Assembly: GCA_965237905.1 (NCBI GenBank)
Contig: OZ250172.1
Location: 2,560,001-2,624,000 of the forward strand
Direction of reading: 5' to 3'
DNA from: Nitrospinaceae bacterium
Lineage (GTDB): Bacteria > Nitrospinota > Nitrospinia > Nitrospinales > Nitrospinaceae
Length of the DNA: 64,000 bases
Shown: positions 46,871 through 57,365 of the stretch, piece by piece
Layout of the letters: every line of letters begins with the position of its first letter
Numbering within the stretch: position 1 is the stretch's first letter
Program-made: the position numbers and the translations under genes
The notes under the pieces: generated by a model
The model's database searches: none
What the model was told of the DNA's origin: nothing
What the model saw: the letters and a program-made list of their open reading frames with translations, nothing else

Positions 46871-48781
46871 TTATTCCAAGGTCGGTTTGAGGAGGTAGGT
46901 GTAGCCGGCCAAGCCTGCTTTGTAGAGGGTGAGGAAGCGGTCGGCTTCGTCCTGGCTGATGGTGCCTTTTTGAACGCTGTGGATGAGAAATCCCGCCATG
47001 CGTCCCGCCAGTTCGTCGGCGCGGAACGAAACGTAATCGAGCACGTCGGCCACGTTTTCGCCTTCGATGATCTGCTCGTACTTCAGCGAGCCGTCCTTGT
47101 TCATCGAAATATGAACGGTGTTGGTGTCGCCGAACAGGTTGTGCAGGTCGCCCAAAATTTCCTGGTACGCGCCGGTCAGGAAGATGCCGATGCGGTACGG
47201 TTCGCCCGGTTGCACCGGGTGCAGAGGCAGAGTCGGTTCGGTATTTTGCGAGCCGATAAACCCGTCGATGATGCCGTCGGAGTCGCACGTCAGGTCCATC
47301 AACGTGCCCTGCCGGACCGGTTCCTGATGGAGTCTCTGGATCGGTGCAATGGGAAAGACCTGGTCGATGGCCCAAGAGTCGGGCAGGGATTGAAACACGG
47401 AAAAGTTGCAGAAATATTTATCCGCCATTTTCTGCGGCAGATTTTTGAGTTCGTCAGGCATGTATTTGAGGCGCGCGGCCATATCCTGAATCTTGCGGCA
47501 GATGCCCCAGTACAACTGGTCCGCTTGTGCCCGGTCCTTCAGCGAAATCAGCCCCATGAAAAACTGGTTCTGCGCCTGCTCTTTGAGGTCCGCCGCGTCG
47601 TGCCAGGATTCAATGATGTTTTTGTTGGACGCCTGCTTCCAGACGTAGTGCAGATCCTGCACCACCGTGGGGGCCTCGTCGCTGATACTCAGATCGCGAT
47701 CCAGATCGGGAAAGGAAGCGACGTCCAGCACGTTGAACACGAGCATGGAGTGATAGGCGGTCAACGCCCGTCCCGATTCGGAAATGATATTGGGATGCGG
47801 CAGTTTTTCCTCTTGGCAGATTTCATACAGATGGTAGACCACGTCATTGGCGTATTCCTGCACCGTATAGTTGGCGCTGGAAGCGAACGTGGAGCGGGAG
47901 CCGTCGTAATCCACCCCCAGCCCGCCGCCGACGTCGATGAATTCGATGTTGCATCCCTGTTGCATCAATTCGGCATAGTAGCGGCAGACTTCCTTGAGGC
48001 TGGTTTTGATGCGGCGGATGTTGGTGATCTGGCTTCCCAGATGAAAATGGATCAGCCGGATGCAATCCTTGATGTTCTCTTGCTCGGCAATCTCCAGAGC
48101 TTCCACCAGTTCGATCGGGCTCAGGCCGAATTTGGAGTATTCGCCGCCGGAAGAAGCCCAGCGGCCCGATCCGGCGCTGACCAGCTTGATGCGCAGACCG
48201 ATGTTGGGCCGGATATCGAGTTCTTTTGAGACGCGGACGATGGTTTTCAATTCCGACAGGCGTTCCACCACGATGAACACTTTTTTGCCCAGCTTTTGAC
48301 CCATCAGCGCCAGCCGGATGAATGCCTCGTCCTTGTAGCCGTTACAGATCAGCAAGGCTTCCGGATTGTCCATGATGGCGAGGATGGCATGCAGTTCCGG
48401 TTTGGAACCGGCTTCCAGTCCGATGTTGTAGGGGCGGCCGAATTTTACAATTTCTTCGACGACCTGCCTCTGCTGGTTGACCTTGATCGGGTACACGCCA
48501 TGATAGGTTCCTTTATACTGGTTTTCCTGGGAGGCTTTTTGGAAGGCCTCGGCCAATCCGGCGATGCTGGATTTGAGAATGTCCGAAAATCGGATCAGAA
48601 CCGGGAGCGAATAACCCTTCGATTGGATATCATCCACCAGACGTTTCAGGTCGATGGAATGCCGGCTGGATTTGTCGGGGCGGACGACCATATGGCCTTC
48701 CTCGTTGATGCCGAAATATCCCGCACCCCATCCTTCGATGTTGTACAGTTCCAGGGATTTTTCGACGGTCCATTTTTGCAT
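46871..48781 (-). CDS. speA: Biosynthetic arginine decarboxylase
   Basis: YPIKVNQ, EAGSKPEL, HFHLGSQ, DLTCDSDG and HNLFG motifs; start may be the GTG at 48817. Confidence 0.96.
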   Translation of the reverse strand: MQKWTVEKSLELYNIEGWGAGYFGINEEGHMVVRPDKSSRHSIDLKRLVDDIQSKGYSLPVLIRFSDILKSSIAGLAEAFQKASQENQYKGTYHGVYPIKVNQQRQVVEEIVKFGRPYNIGLEAGSKPELHAILAIMDNPEALLICNGYKDEAFIRLALMGQKLGKKVFIVVERLSELKTIVRVSKELDIRPNIGLRIKLVSAGSGRWASSGGEYSKFGLSPIELVEALEIAEQENIKDCIRLIHFHLGSQITNIRRIKTSLKEVCRYYAELMQQGCNIEFIDVGGGLGVDYDGSRSTFASSANYTVQEYANDVVYHLYEICQEEKLPHPNIISESGRALTAYHSMLVFNVLDVASFPDLDRDLSISDEAPTVVQDLHYVWKQASNKNIIESWHDAADLKEQAQNQFFMGLISLKDRAQADQLYWGICRKIQDMAARLKYMPDELKNLPQKMADKYFCNFSVFQSLPDSWAIDQVFPIAPIQRLHQEPVRQGTLMDLTCDSDGIIDGFIGSQNTEPTLPLHPVQPGEPYRIGIFLTGAYQEILGDLHNLFGDTNTVHISMNKDGSLKYEQIIEGENVADVLDYVSFRADELAGRMAGFLIHSVQKGTISQDEADRFLTLYKAGLAGYTYLLKPTLE

Positions 48782-48998
48782 ACGAATTTTCCGGGTAATG
48801 AAGGTTGATATTGCCACTCTGGGAAAGGATATTTTACCGTTCGTTTCATTTAAATGAGATTACGGGAAAATGTCAAACAAAAATCGAAGGTCTTAAAAAG
48901 AAAGGCTTTTTCTGGGGAATCAATTACATTTCCCAGGGGAAGCAATGTATGATATAAAATTCCGAATTTTGCAACTGATCGTTTTTTCAGGAACATAA

Positions 48999-50234
48999 AT
49001 GAACATCGAAAAAGTGGATGTCCGGGACATTGCCAAACAGTTCGGCACCCCGGTCTATGTCTATAGTTTGAGTATTCTCCGCAAATCCATTGCGGAAGTC
49101 CTGCCGTTGTCGCCGGTGGTCCGTTTTTCCATGAAGGCCTGCTCCAATACCAGGATTCTTCACGAAATGCTGAAATCCGGAATCAAGATCGACGCGGTGA
49201 GTATTCCCGAAATTCAAAGAGCCCTCAAGGCCGGGTATCCCTCCGAGGATATCTGCCTGACCAGCGATGTCTTTTTTAATTCCGGGGAGGCTGAGTTTTG
49301 TCTGAAGAACAATATTTTCTGCTCCTGCGGTTCGTTAGGCATGCTGGAGGAATATGGAGAAACCCGCAAGCGGCTGGGCCTTGGATCGGACGGCGTGTCC
49401 ATTCGTATCAATCCCGGTGAAGGGGCAGGGCACTCCAAAAAAACCAATACTGGCGGGCCCTACAGCAAACATGGCATTTGGTACGAAAACCTGGATGAGG
49501 CCAAAGCCATCGCCAAAAAATACGATCTTAAGATTACCGGGGTGCATACCCACATCGGTTCCGGTGGGGATATGGAACATCTCAGCCGTATCTCCGGCAA
49601 GCTGGTCGACTTCGCCAAACAGTTCCCGGACTTGGAAATCGTCAATTTCGGCGGTGGCCTGCCCTATGAATATGATCCGGACAAGCCTCAAGTGGCCATC
49701 GGCGATTACCAACCCATTCTCAAGGAACGCACTCAGGAGTTGGAAAAACATTTCGGTCGTCCCATCACCTGTGAAATCGAACCGGGCCGGAGATTCGTCG
49801 CCGGGTGCGGTTTTCTGATTGGGGAGGTGCGGTCCCTCAACCATACCTTCGATGAAAATAAAAAGCGGCTGGATTATGTGCTGACCAATGTCGGGTTTTG
49901 CCACCTGCTCCGGCCCATGGCGTATGGTTCTTACCATCCCATTTGGTTTGCCGGGGACGGCCTGGGCAAAGAAACCGACGTCATTGTCGCGGGACCGGTT
50001 TGCGAATCCGGCGACGTGTTGACCCAGAAAAACGAAGAACCGGTACCGCGCCGGCTACCCCTTCCCAAGCGCGGCAACTTGATCGTGATCGGGGGTGCGG
50101 GGGCTTACGGACACGTCATGTCCTCCAACTACAATTCCCAGCCGTTGATTCCGGAAGTGATGGTGGAGGGTGACCAGATGACCTTGATCCGCCGACGGCA
50201 AACATTGGATGATGTGATTCGGGAAGAAGAGTAA
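48999..50234 (+). CDS. lysA: Diaminopimelate decarboxylase
   Basis: GTP.YVY, HIGSG, EPGR, GPVCESGD and MSSNYN motifs. Confidence 0.93.
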   Translation: MNIEKVDVRDIAKQFGTPVYVYSLSILRKSIAEVLPLSPVVRFSMKACSNTRILHEMLKSGIKIDAVSIPEIQRALKAGYPSEDICLTSDVFFNSGEAEFCLKNNIFCSCGSLGMLEEYGETRKRLGLGSDGVSIRINPGEGAGHSKKTNTGGPYSKHGIWYENLDEAKAIAKKYDLKITGVHTHIGSGGDMEHLSRISGKLVDFAKQFPDLEIVNFGGGLPYEYDPDKPQVAIGDYQPILKERTQELEKHFGRPITCEIEPGRRFVAGCGFLIGEVRSLNHTFDENKKRLDYVLTNVGFCHLLRPMAYGSYHPIWFAGDGLGKETDVIVAGPVCESGDVLTQKNEEPVPRRLPLPKRGNLIVIGGAGAYGHVMSSNYNSQPLIPEVMVEGDQMTLIRRRQTLDDVIREEE

Positions 50235-50256
50235 GAGGAAAATCAGCAGGTATATA

Positions 50257-51225
50257 TTAAACCCCCTGGCGCATAAAGCGGTCAGGGGGATTGTTTTCTA
50301 GAAGAGTTAAACCCCGGATAAGGTTGATTTGGAGTTTTGGAACTTTACGACCACCGAACCGCTTCCTGAAAAAGGCGCCAAAGGTCCCCAAAGCGATCAA
50401 AACAGGTATCAGCAACTTTTTGCCGAGGGCCATCAACCCGGCATAGAGCGCCGCCAGGCCCACTTTCTGCGGGTTGCCGCCGGCGGTAACCGCCACCAGA
50501 CTGGCGACACCGAACGCCGCCATTTGATCCCCTAATGAATAGTCCGCGTACCGGTGACCTTCATTGAATTTATATTGGTCCACGAGGAATGCCATCGCAT
50601 CCATGGACTTCAGGTAATTGTCGTAGGAGCTGACCCAGGTGATTTTTTCGTAACCTTTGCGTCCCAGCTTGATGGAAACGGCGTTGACCGTTGTTTCCTC
50701 ACCATCGATGACGTCGAACACCCAGGACACGGAATGGTTGTCTTCGTTCAGGCGGGGTTTTTGAAGCCAGCCGCCGATTCTCAAAGGGGGAGTATTGTGT
50801 TTGGCTCTTTCCGTATTGATCTTTTTTGCATTGTCGGAAATCTCCTGCATCAGGATATTGGCATCCAGATCCTCCCAGTTTTCCAGCGAGACATAGCCGT
50901 CGGGGTAGTAGTTTAAAATCAACTGGACTCCGGTATTATGATTGAAGACCAAGGCTTCCGTATTTGGGTCTTCTTCCGCCCCCTGAATGATATGGTCATA
51001 ATGACGGGCGGCATCTCCCATGAGCAGGGAGTATCCCTTGGTAAGTTTAAAAGTGCTGCTCGACGAGTCTAGGGAATACTGTTTCAGTTCATATTTCCAG
51101 GGCAGGCTGATGATCTCTTCGTTGATGGCTTGCTGAGTGGCCGGAATAGCCGGGTTCACCGCCTGAGCCACCGAGGCCATGCTTAAGATCATCCATACCG
51201 CTATCAGGGTATATAGATTTTTCAT
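50257..51225 (-). CDS. DUF2167-family membrane-anchored protein
   Basis: GYV...W..LD, GW...P, LGRKG and G.RYADY..GD motifs. Confidence 0.8.
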   Translation of the reverse strand: MKNLYTLIAVWMILSMASVAQAVNPAIPATQQAINEEIISLPWKYELKQYSLDSSSSTFKLTKGYSLLMGDAARHYDHIIQGAEEDPNTEALVFNHNTGVQLILNYYPDGYVSLENWEDLDANILMQEISDNAKKINTERAKHNTPPLRIGGWLQKPRLNEDNHSVSWVFDVIDGEETTVNAVSIKLGRKGYEKITWVSSYDNYLKSMDAMAFLVDQYKFNEGHRYADYSLGDQMAAFGVASLVAVTAGGNPQKVGLAALYAGLMALGKKLLIPVLIALGTFGAFFRKRFGGRKVPKLQINLIRGLTLLENNPPDRFMRQGV

Positions 51226-51518
51226 ACTGTGAACCCTCATGGGAATTTCCAATCAAGTGTTTCCCTGAATCAAACTTTGCCAAAGGTTAAAAATTATTAG
51301 CCTGATCTCTTCTATATTCGTGGAATTCTTCGGAATTTCAAGCAGAAAATTGGTATTTTTATCAATAAAATCAACTAGTTAAGAATTACATGGAAATCCG
51401 CGAATGTAACCGGTTGGTGGGGGTGATGGGAAAGAATTTGATATAGGCGAGGATGGGGGAAATGATACCCCCCATCAAAATCCCCGTCGGCTTGGGGTAT
51501 TGTGGGGTATTGGCTTCG

Positions 51519-51974
51519 TCAGAACCGAACAACCTTTGGGTGGACAAGGGTTTCGAAATCCTTGTACGCCAGTTTGACGATTTCGGAATGAGTTCCTGCG
51601 TTGAACCCGATTTTGTCGTCCCAGCTCAAAGCCTCCTCGACATAGACGTCCATGTCGTACAGATTACCGAAGGGCGGCATGGCGCCGACCTCGCAGTCAG
51701 GAAATTGATTTTTGAACTCCCGCTCTTTGGCCAGTTCCACATGGTTGGCCTTCGTGGCCCTTTTCAGCAGTTGAAAATCCACTTTATTGGGAGCGGGTAA
51801 AACCGCCATGGCCAGTTTGCCGTCCAGCTTGACCATCACCGTTTTCGCCAACAGCTTCCCGGAAATGTGTGCTTCCGCGGCAATTTCTCTAGCGGTGTAG
51901 GCGGGCGGGTGGCTGAGGGTGACGTATGGGACCTTGTGACTTTCCAGATATTCTTTGAGTTTGGTCGTAGGCAT
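51519..51974 (-). CDS. YbaK/EbsC-family aminoacyl-tRNA deacylase-like protein
   Basis: AKTV, CEVGAMPPFG and FNAG.H motifs. Confidence 0.9.
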   Translation of the reverse strand: MPTTKLKEYLESHKVPYVTLSHPPAYTAREIAAEAHISGKLLAKTVMVKLDGKLAMAVLPAPNKVDFQLLKRATKANHVELAKEREFKNQFPDCEVGAMPPFGNLYDMDVYVEEALSWDDKIGFNAGTHSEIVKLAYKDFETLVHPKVVRF

Positions 51975-52061
51975 AACAACCCTCCCTTAAGGACAATTAT
52001 TCACCCCTAATATAGGCCCCGGCAGGAAAGGGCGCACCTGTTCAATTAGGGTGAAAAGGGA

Positions 52062-52370
52062 TCAGGAGAAAAGGGGATCGATCTTCTGCGCCATCTGGAC
52101 GTCGGCCAGGGTGACGCCGGAGGCAGTGTGGGTCCAGTACCGGACGGTGATGCGCCGGTAGTTGATGATGATGTCTGGATGGTGATTTTCCGCTTCCGCC
52201 GCCTCGGCCACCTTATGGACGAAGTCGATGCCGGCCATGAACGCCGGCGCATGATGTACGCGGTATATAAACGGGATGCCCTTTTCGCTCACGCCCTTCT
52301 TCCACTCCGGGGCCAACTCTTTTATTTTTTGATCGAGCTCCTGCTCGGTCAACGCTTTTTTTTCTACCAT
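52062..52370 (-). CDS. Pterin-4a-carbinolamine dehydratase
   Basis: AE..NHHPD and THTA.GVT..D motifs. Confidence 0.9.
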   Translation of the reverse strand: MVEKKALTEQELDQKIKELAPEWKKGVSEKGIPFIYRVHHAPAFMAGIDFVHKVAEAAEAENHHPDIIINYRRITVRYWTHTASGVTLADVQMAQKIDPLFS

Positions 52371-52475
52371 ATTAAACCTCTATGAATCAAACCCCCCTCT
52401 CCCCTCATGGGGAGCACCCGTGGGGTGACGGGCAGGGTGAGGGGTGGTTTATTTTAACTTCCTTTTACTCATGGA

Positions 52476-52727
52476 TTAATGGTTTCCCAATAACTTCTCC
52501 AGTTTTTTATGCAGGGTGATGGGATGGACCTTGTACACAAAACTTTCCTCGCCGTTGATCAGGACGACAGGGATTTTTTCTTTATAGCGTTCGAACAGTT
52601 CGGGATCGGATTCGATATTGGTCATCTTTAATTCCGCTGGCATCTCAGTGATGACCTGTTCGATCACTTTCTTGGCGTCATCGCATAGACAGCAATCTTT
52701 TTTTGTCAAGATCTCGATTAGGATCAT
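52476..52727 (-). CDS. Glutaredoxin-like protein (DUF836)
   Basis: C.LCD.A and IPVV motifs; start moved to 52727. Confidence 0.85.
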   Translation of the reverse strand: MILIEILTKKDCCLCDDAKKVIEQVITEMPAELKMTNIESDPELFERYKEKIPVVLINGEESFVYKVHPITLHKKLEKLLGNH

Positions 52728-52749
52728 TAATTCCCTTGTCCATTTTTTT

Positions 52750-53005
52750 GTAGTTGTTCGATTTATCGGCGGAGAACCTCCGCGAGTAATTTTAAAAACT
52801 TCTGTCGGCGAAGATAACGATGTAATTCGCCAATCTGCCTGGGCCAAGCTGGATCCAGCGTCACGCGGGCGCCCCATGAATGAGGCAACTACAATATTTT
52901 GCCCCTTCACCCGGCCTCTCCCCCAAGGGGAGAGGAGATTTTTGGAATCCTGTTCATCCTGTGACCCTGTCTGCTTAAGGTTTTCTCTGCGTCCTCTGTG
53001 GTGAA
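52750..53005. repeat. REP-like mosaic intergenic cluster
   Basis: GTAG..CTAC palindrome pair at 52750-52892 and modules shared with 29539-29563 and 31790-31960. Confidence 0.7.
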
Positions 53006-53024
53006 ATTATCCTGTCTTCCAGCC

Positions 53025-54038
53025 CTACATACTATGCGTCATAGTGGTGAACTTGCCCCACAGGATGAGCGCGACGGACAGCACGATACAAGCGACCAGC
53101 ACTGCGGTGGCGACCGGCCGTTTTTCCCAATGTGTTTCCGGTCCGCGGTCGATGAGTGGCACCGCCAGCAGAAAGAGGATGCACAACACAGGCGCCACCA
53201 CCAGAAACGGCACCCACACATTTTCCAGTGCGTACAACCAGACAAACTGCCACGGCGGTTTGGTGACCTCCAGTCCCGCCACCGGCGGGTCGCCGAGCGA
53301 CGGGGCGATCGTCAAGGCCAGCACGCAGATCAAAAGAAATATTCCGGCTCCCGCACGATTCAAATAAACCAGATGACGGCTGAAAGGAATTTTCTTTCCG
53401 CCTTCCGGCTGTTCCGGGAGCGGGGACAGCTGATGATATTTGATGTAAAACAGGTGCAGGCCGATCAACGGAATTGTGAGCAGGGGAAGCAGGGAGATGT
53501 GCCACATATAAATGCGGCTCAACAATGGCACGCCCTGCGCGAACTGTTCGGTGAGCGGTATACCAAAACTGCCCATGGCTTCTGCGACCCAGGTAAAATG
53601 CGCCAGCGCCTCGTACGCTTCCTGATCCCATTTCAACACCGTGCCGGTAAACAGCAGGCCAACCATCATCAACAGCAATCCCACACCGACGTACCAATTA
53701 ATCTCGCGCGGCGCCTTGTACGATCCCGTGAACGCTACCCGGATCATGTGAAGCAGGAGGGTGATGGTCAGCACGTCCCCCGACCAGAAATGAATGCCGC
53801 GCAGGAACCAGCCGAGCCATACCTGATCCACCAGGTAATGGATGCTGGGGTTGGCACGGTCGGGGTCGGGCACGTAAAACTGGGCCAAGAGGATTCCGCT
53901 CAACACGAGAAGCGAGAATGCGCTGAGCGTCATTCCACCGAGCGAGTATTTAAATGAATTGGCGTGCTCCGGAATTTCGTATTCGAGCACTTCGAATCCG
54001 AGCCGTTCCTTCAAGGTCTGGAGGGGGCCGTTGGGCAT
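53025..54038 (-). CDS. Cytochrome b/b6-family protein (N and C domains)
   Basis: GW.LR.IH, H..RV...GSYK.PRE.NW and the second His pair; PPWQ in place of PEWY. Confidence 0.9.
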   Translation of the reverse strand: MPNGPLQTLKERLGFEVLEYEIPEHANSFKYSLGGMTLSAFSLLVLSGILLAQFYVPDPDRANPSIHYLVDQVWLGWFLRGIHFWSGDVLTITLLLHMIRVAFTGSYKAPREINWYVGVGLLLMMVGLLFTGTVLKWDQEAYEALAHFTWVAEAMGSFGIPLTEQFAQGVPLLSRIYMWHISLLPLLTIPLIGLHLFYIKYHQLSPLPEQPEGGKKIPFSRHLVYLNRAGAGIFLLICVLALTIAPSLGDPPVAGLEVTKPPWQFVWLYALENVWVPFLVVAPVLCILFLLAVPLIDRGPETHWEKRPVATAVLVACIVLSVALILWGKFTTMTHSM

Positions 54039-54071
54039 AACAGCCTCGGTTGGTCCGGCCAGGGCCGGAGA

Positions 54072-54494
54072 TTATTCACACGGGCGTCTGAGAGTCAAAA
54101 ACCCGAACAGCGCACCTGATAACAGAGTCAATGCCGCCGCCCATCTGTATCCTTTTTGCGAGGTGGCAATCCATTTGTGTTCGGCGGGCTCCACATGTTT
54201 CATTTGCGGCATGTCGTGGCCTTCGTGTTCGGACATCTTTTGTTGCTGTTCTTCTCCCCATAGGGGACCGCCACCCGTCACTTCTTCTGTCTCGAAAGCG
54301 TCCATGGCATTGCCCATACCGTACTCGGCGCCTCCCGATTCAGTGGCTTCCATACCGAGGGTTGCCTCAGGCAGTTCCGGAAGCGTGGTTTTTTCTTTTG
54401 GCACCGGATCATGACTTCCGCCATGGGCCCAAAGCGATCCTGGAGCGCTGGAGATGAGCAAGGCGATCAGTAGAGTGGATACGAAAGTTTTCAT
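54072..54494 (-). CDS. Exported His/Met-rich protein with C-terminal membrane anchor
   Basis: Signal peptide ending AHGG, MSEHEGHDMPQM, C-terminal TM. Confidence 0.75.
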   Translation of the reverse strand: MKTFVSTLLIALLISSAPGSLWAHGGSHDPVPKEKTTLPELPEATLGMEATESGGAEYGMGNAMDAFETEEVTGGGPLWGEEQQQKMSEHEGHDMPQMKHVEPAEHKWIATSQKGYRWAAALTLLSGALFGFLTLRRPCE

Positions 54495-54495
54495 G

Positions 54496-55059
54496 TCAGG
54501 ATTGTTCCACCAGTTGTGCGAAGGCCGCCATGGCATCGTCCGTGGCCCAGTCCTTGGGACCGACGGCCTTGTGCACGATGATCCCATGTTTATTGACGAT
54601 AAAGGTTTCCGGCACCCCGGTGGTTTTATAATCTTTTTTGGCAACGCTGCTTTCCGGGTCCAGCAAAACGGGAAAAGTGAGCTTGTATTCGTCCATGAAC
54701 GGCTGAATCAGGCGCTGATCCTTGTCGATGCTGATGGTCAGCATTTCCAGGCCCCGGTCTTTAAACTGGTCATACACTTTTTGCATGGAGGGCATTTCCA
54801 CCTTGCAGGTGGCGCACCAGGTGGCCCAGAAATTGATGAACACCACTTTGCCGCGGTAGTCCTTGAGGTCGATCTTGCCACCGGAAAGGGAGGGCAGTTC
54901 AAAGCTGGGAGCGATGAAACTCTCCTGCGGATATTCCGTTTGAAACGGTTTCAATTCCTCTTTGTTGACGGATGCGATTAAAAAAGCAAACAGCGCGGTG
55001 AACAGAACCGCGTACGGGATGAATATATGAACGGGTTTTTTTTGTAGGGCTTGTTCCAT
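54496..55059 (-). CDS. TlpA/ResA-family thiol-disulfide reductase
   Basis: NFWATWCATC.EMP and GVPETF motifs; N-terminal TM. Confidence 0.93.
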   Translation of the reverse strand: MEQALQKKPVHIFIPYAVLFTALFAFLIASVNKEELKPFQTEYPQESFIAPSFELPSLSGGKIDLKDYRGKVVFINFWATWCATCKVEMPSMQKVYDQFKDRGLEMLTISIDKDQRLIQPFMDEYKLTFPVLLDPESSVAKKDYKTTGVPETFIVNKHGIIVHKAVGPKDWATDDAMAAFAQLVEQS

Positions 55060-55067
55060 AGGAATGA

Positions 55068-55553
55068 TTACAGTTGCCTTTTATAGGGGCGGTAGAATTT
55101 CTTATCTACGGCAACGACAATTTCATCGAGGCTTAGACCATCCTCATACAGCTCGTGGGCGTAGATTACTTCGTCCATGCAGGTTTCGCATTTGGATCCA
55201 TGCATACTGGTGAAGCAGGTCAACAGGGTTTTGTGGTTGTGGTTCTTTTTGCAGTAACAGTAACAAAACTGGCTGTCGATGACCTTGGGAATTTCCGCGG
55301 CGTATTTATAGGCCAGCGCGGTCTTGCCCGAGAACAGAGCGGGGCTCAGCACCGGCCGGTTTTCGATCAGTTGACCTTTTGCCGGAGCGGGATTGGAAGC
55401 TGTGGCACGTCCCGAGGGTTTGGTATAAACGTACACCCCGCTCAGCACCATTAAAATGACCGCGATAAACGCCGCAACGGTCCCAATGGTTTTCCGGTTG
55501 GTGGATTTTTGCCCGCCGGATTTCTTTTTCTTGTTGGGTTTTCGTTTACCCAT
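55068..55553 (-). CDS. PCYCGC-family protein
   Basis: CYCYC....H..LL.CF...HG..C..C..E. Confidence 0.8.
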   Translation of the reverse strand: MGKRKPNKKKKSGGQKSTNRKTIGTVAAFIAVILMVLSGVYVYTKPSGRATASNPAPAKGQLIENRPVLSPALFSGKTALAYKYAAEIPKVIDSQFCYCYCKKNHNHKTLLTCFTSMHGSKCETCMDEVIYAHELYEDGLSLDEIVVAVDKKFYRPYKRQL

Positions 55554-55627
55554 TTCAATCTCGCGTGTTCAGGTTGATAGAGTCATTATATCTGTTGCCC
55601 CCGACGCCATGCAAGGCCTGCTTTGGG

Positions 55628-56335
55628 TCACCGTTTGGGCGGGTACCAACGGCTCAGGGTGGCGGGGGAGAACCCTATCAGAAAAAGAGAGACGATGGCG
55701 ATATTTCTCAGGGTGGTGAATCCGATACCCTCGGCCAACCAACGGCGGGGGGAGGTGAATGTTTTTTCCTTGAGTAGAACCACCGGGCCCTTTTTTTTTA
55801 ATCGGAGGAAAAAGTCAAGGTCCTCACAGATCGGAAGAGGGGAAAACCCCTTGAGTTCATGGAACGTTTCCCTTCGCACGAAAATGCCCTGGTCGCCGTA
55901 TACCAGGTTCAGGTAACGGGATCGCCAATTCGCCCAGCGGGAAATCCTTTTGAGAGCGGGCAGGGGCGAATCGATTTGCAGACTGAATGCCCCGCCCAAA
56001 TAGGGTCCGCTGGCCATGGTTGCAATCATTTTCTGATAGCCCCGGGGGTCCACATGGCTGTCGGCATGCAGGAACAGAAGCAGATCCCCTTTGGCTTCTC
56101 CGGCGGCGGCGTTCATTTGTGCCGCCCGGCCGCGCGGACTCTGGATCACTGTGACCTCGCAACGGCGGCCAATAGCGGTGGTATCATCCTCGCTTCCGCC
56201 GTCTCCGACAATGGTTTCAAACGGTTGGTATTGTTTCAAGCGGGTCAGGGTTTCGAAAAGAACAGTCGATTCATTGTAAGTGGGAATGATGACCGATACC
56301 TTCAAAGGTGATTTTGTCTGTTCCGAGTTTATCAT
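55628..56335 (-). CDS. GT2 glycosyltransferase (TIGR04283-like)
   Basis: SVIIPT.NE, GRA.QMN, FLHAD, YGDQG and TSPRRW motifs. Confidence 0.88.
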   Translation of the reverse strand: MINSEQTKSPLKVSVIIPTYNESTVLFETLTRLKQYQPFETIVGDGGSEDDTTAIGRRCEVTVIQSPRGRAAQMNAAAGEAKGDLLLFLHADSHVDPRGYQKMIATMASGPYLGGAFSLQIDSPLPALKRISRWANWRSRYLNLVYGDQGIFVRRETFHELKGFSPLPICEDLDFFLRLKKKGPVVLLKEKTFTSPRRWLAEGIGFTTLRNIAIVSLFLIGFSPATLSRWYPPKR

Positions 56336-56566
56336 TTCCAGATGGGGGGATCTCCGCACTATTTGTGAGGCTGGTACACGCGCGGCCAGTAAATCATAAA
56401 AACCCTGATGATACAATGATATAGGGGCATGCGGCGGTTTTCCTGGCACTGAATTTTCACCGGGGCAGAAAGGGTTTAAGAAACCTTTCTTCCATAAAGG
56501 CTCTCTGGTTCTGTATTTCGCCGGGAAAATGTTATAAAATTACTCAAATATTTTGGTGACTTAGAT

Positions 56567-57346
56567 ATGCTGGCTCATTTTATCGATTCCAAACCATTCC
56601 AATGCGGGTACTTCAAGGACCGCAAATCCCTCTTCGAGGAGTATCTTTTAGAGGATATTTCCGAGGTGGAGTTTGAGTACCTGCTTGCCCACGGGATGCG
56701 GCATTTCGGGGAATATTATTTTCGCCCCCGGTGTCACAACTGCCACGACTGCGTGCCCATCCGGCTTCGAACCGACGACTATTACATGACCCGCAGTCAG
56801 AAGCGCGCGCTCCAAGCCTGCTCGCAAATAGAAATCCGTCTGGGCCAACCGCAATTTTCAAAGGAGAAATTCAAGCTGTACTTGGACCATAAAATGCGGT
56901 TTGTGTCTCTGCAGGATGATGTCGAGGACGAGGAGAATTTCCGCTTGTCTTTTTACGGGAAGACCCGGTTCGGGATGGAGTTCGAATATTTCCTGGACGG
57001 AAAATTGATTGGTGTCGCTCTGGCCGACGTCACGCGTAAAACCTTCTCCGCCATTTACACCTTTTATTCGATGAAGCATTCGCAGTTAAGCCTGGGTACG
57101 TTCAGCATCGTCAAGCAGATTCAGTTCTGCCAGAGCCGCGGTATTCCGTATTTTTATATGGGATATTTTATTGCGAAGAACAAGTCACTCGCCTACAAGG
57201 CCAACTTCCGGCCGAACGAGGTCTATATCAACCACGAATGGCGACCGTTCCGCAATGCGGAAGGGGACTCCCTGGTTGCGGAAGAGGGTCTACAGTGGGT
57301 CAACGCCGATACCCTCGTTAAAGCGACATCTACCCGCGAGTTTTAA
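56567..57346 (+). CDS. Aminoacyl-tRNA-protein transferase, ATE/Bpt family
   Basis: C.Y, RP.C..C..C.P.R, SAIYTFY, SLGT, Y.GY and YK..FRP motifs. Confidence 0.88.
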   Translation: MLAHFIDSKPFQCGYFKDRKSLFEEYLLEDISEVEFEYLLAHGMRHFGEYYFRPRCHNCHDCVPIRLRTDDYYMTRSQKRALQACSQIEIRLGQPQFSKEKFKLYLDHKMRFVSLQDDVEDEENFRLSFYGKTRFGMEFEYFLDGKLIGVALADVTRKTFSAIYTFYSMKHSQLSLGTFSIVKQIQFCQSRGIPYFYMGYFIAKNKSLAYKANFRPNEVYINHEWRPFRNAEGDSLVAEEGLQWVNADTLVKATSTREF

Positions 57347-57365
57347 AGCGCAGGAATTTCCCCGT

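Noticed and set aside
46220..48229. 669-aa + strand ORF
   Set aside because: Off-frame to suhB and antisense to speA; a shadow ORF.
52998..54981. + strand ORFs of 319, 151 and 175 aa
   Set aside because: Antisense to the well-supported cytochrome b and TlpA genes.
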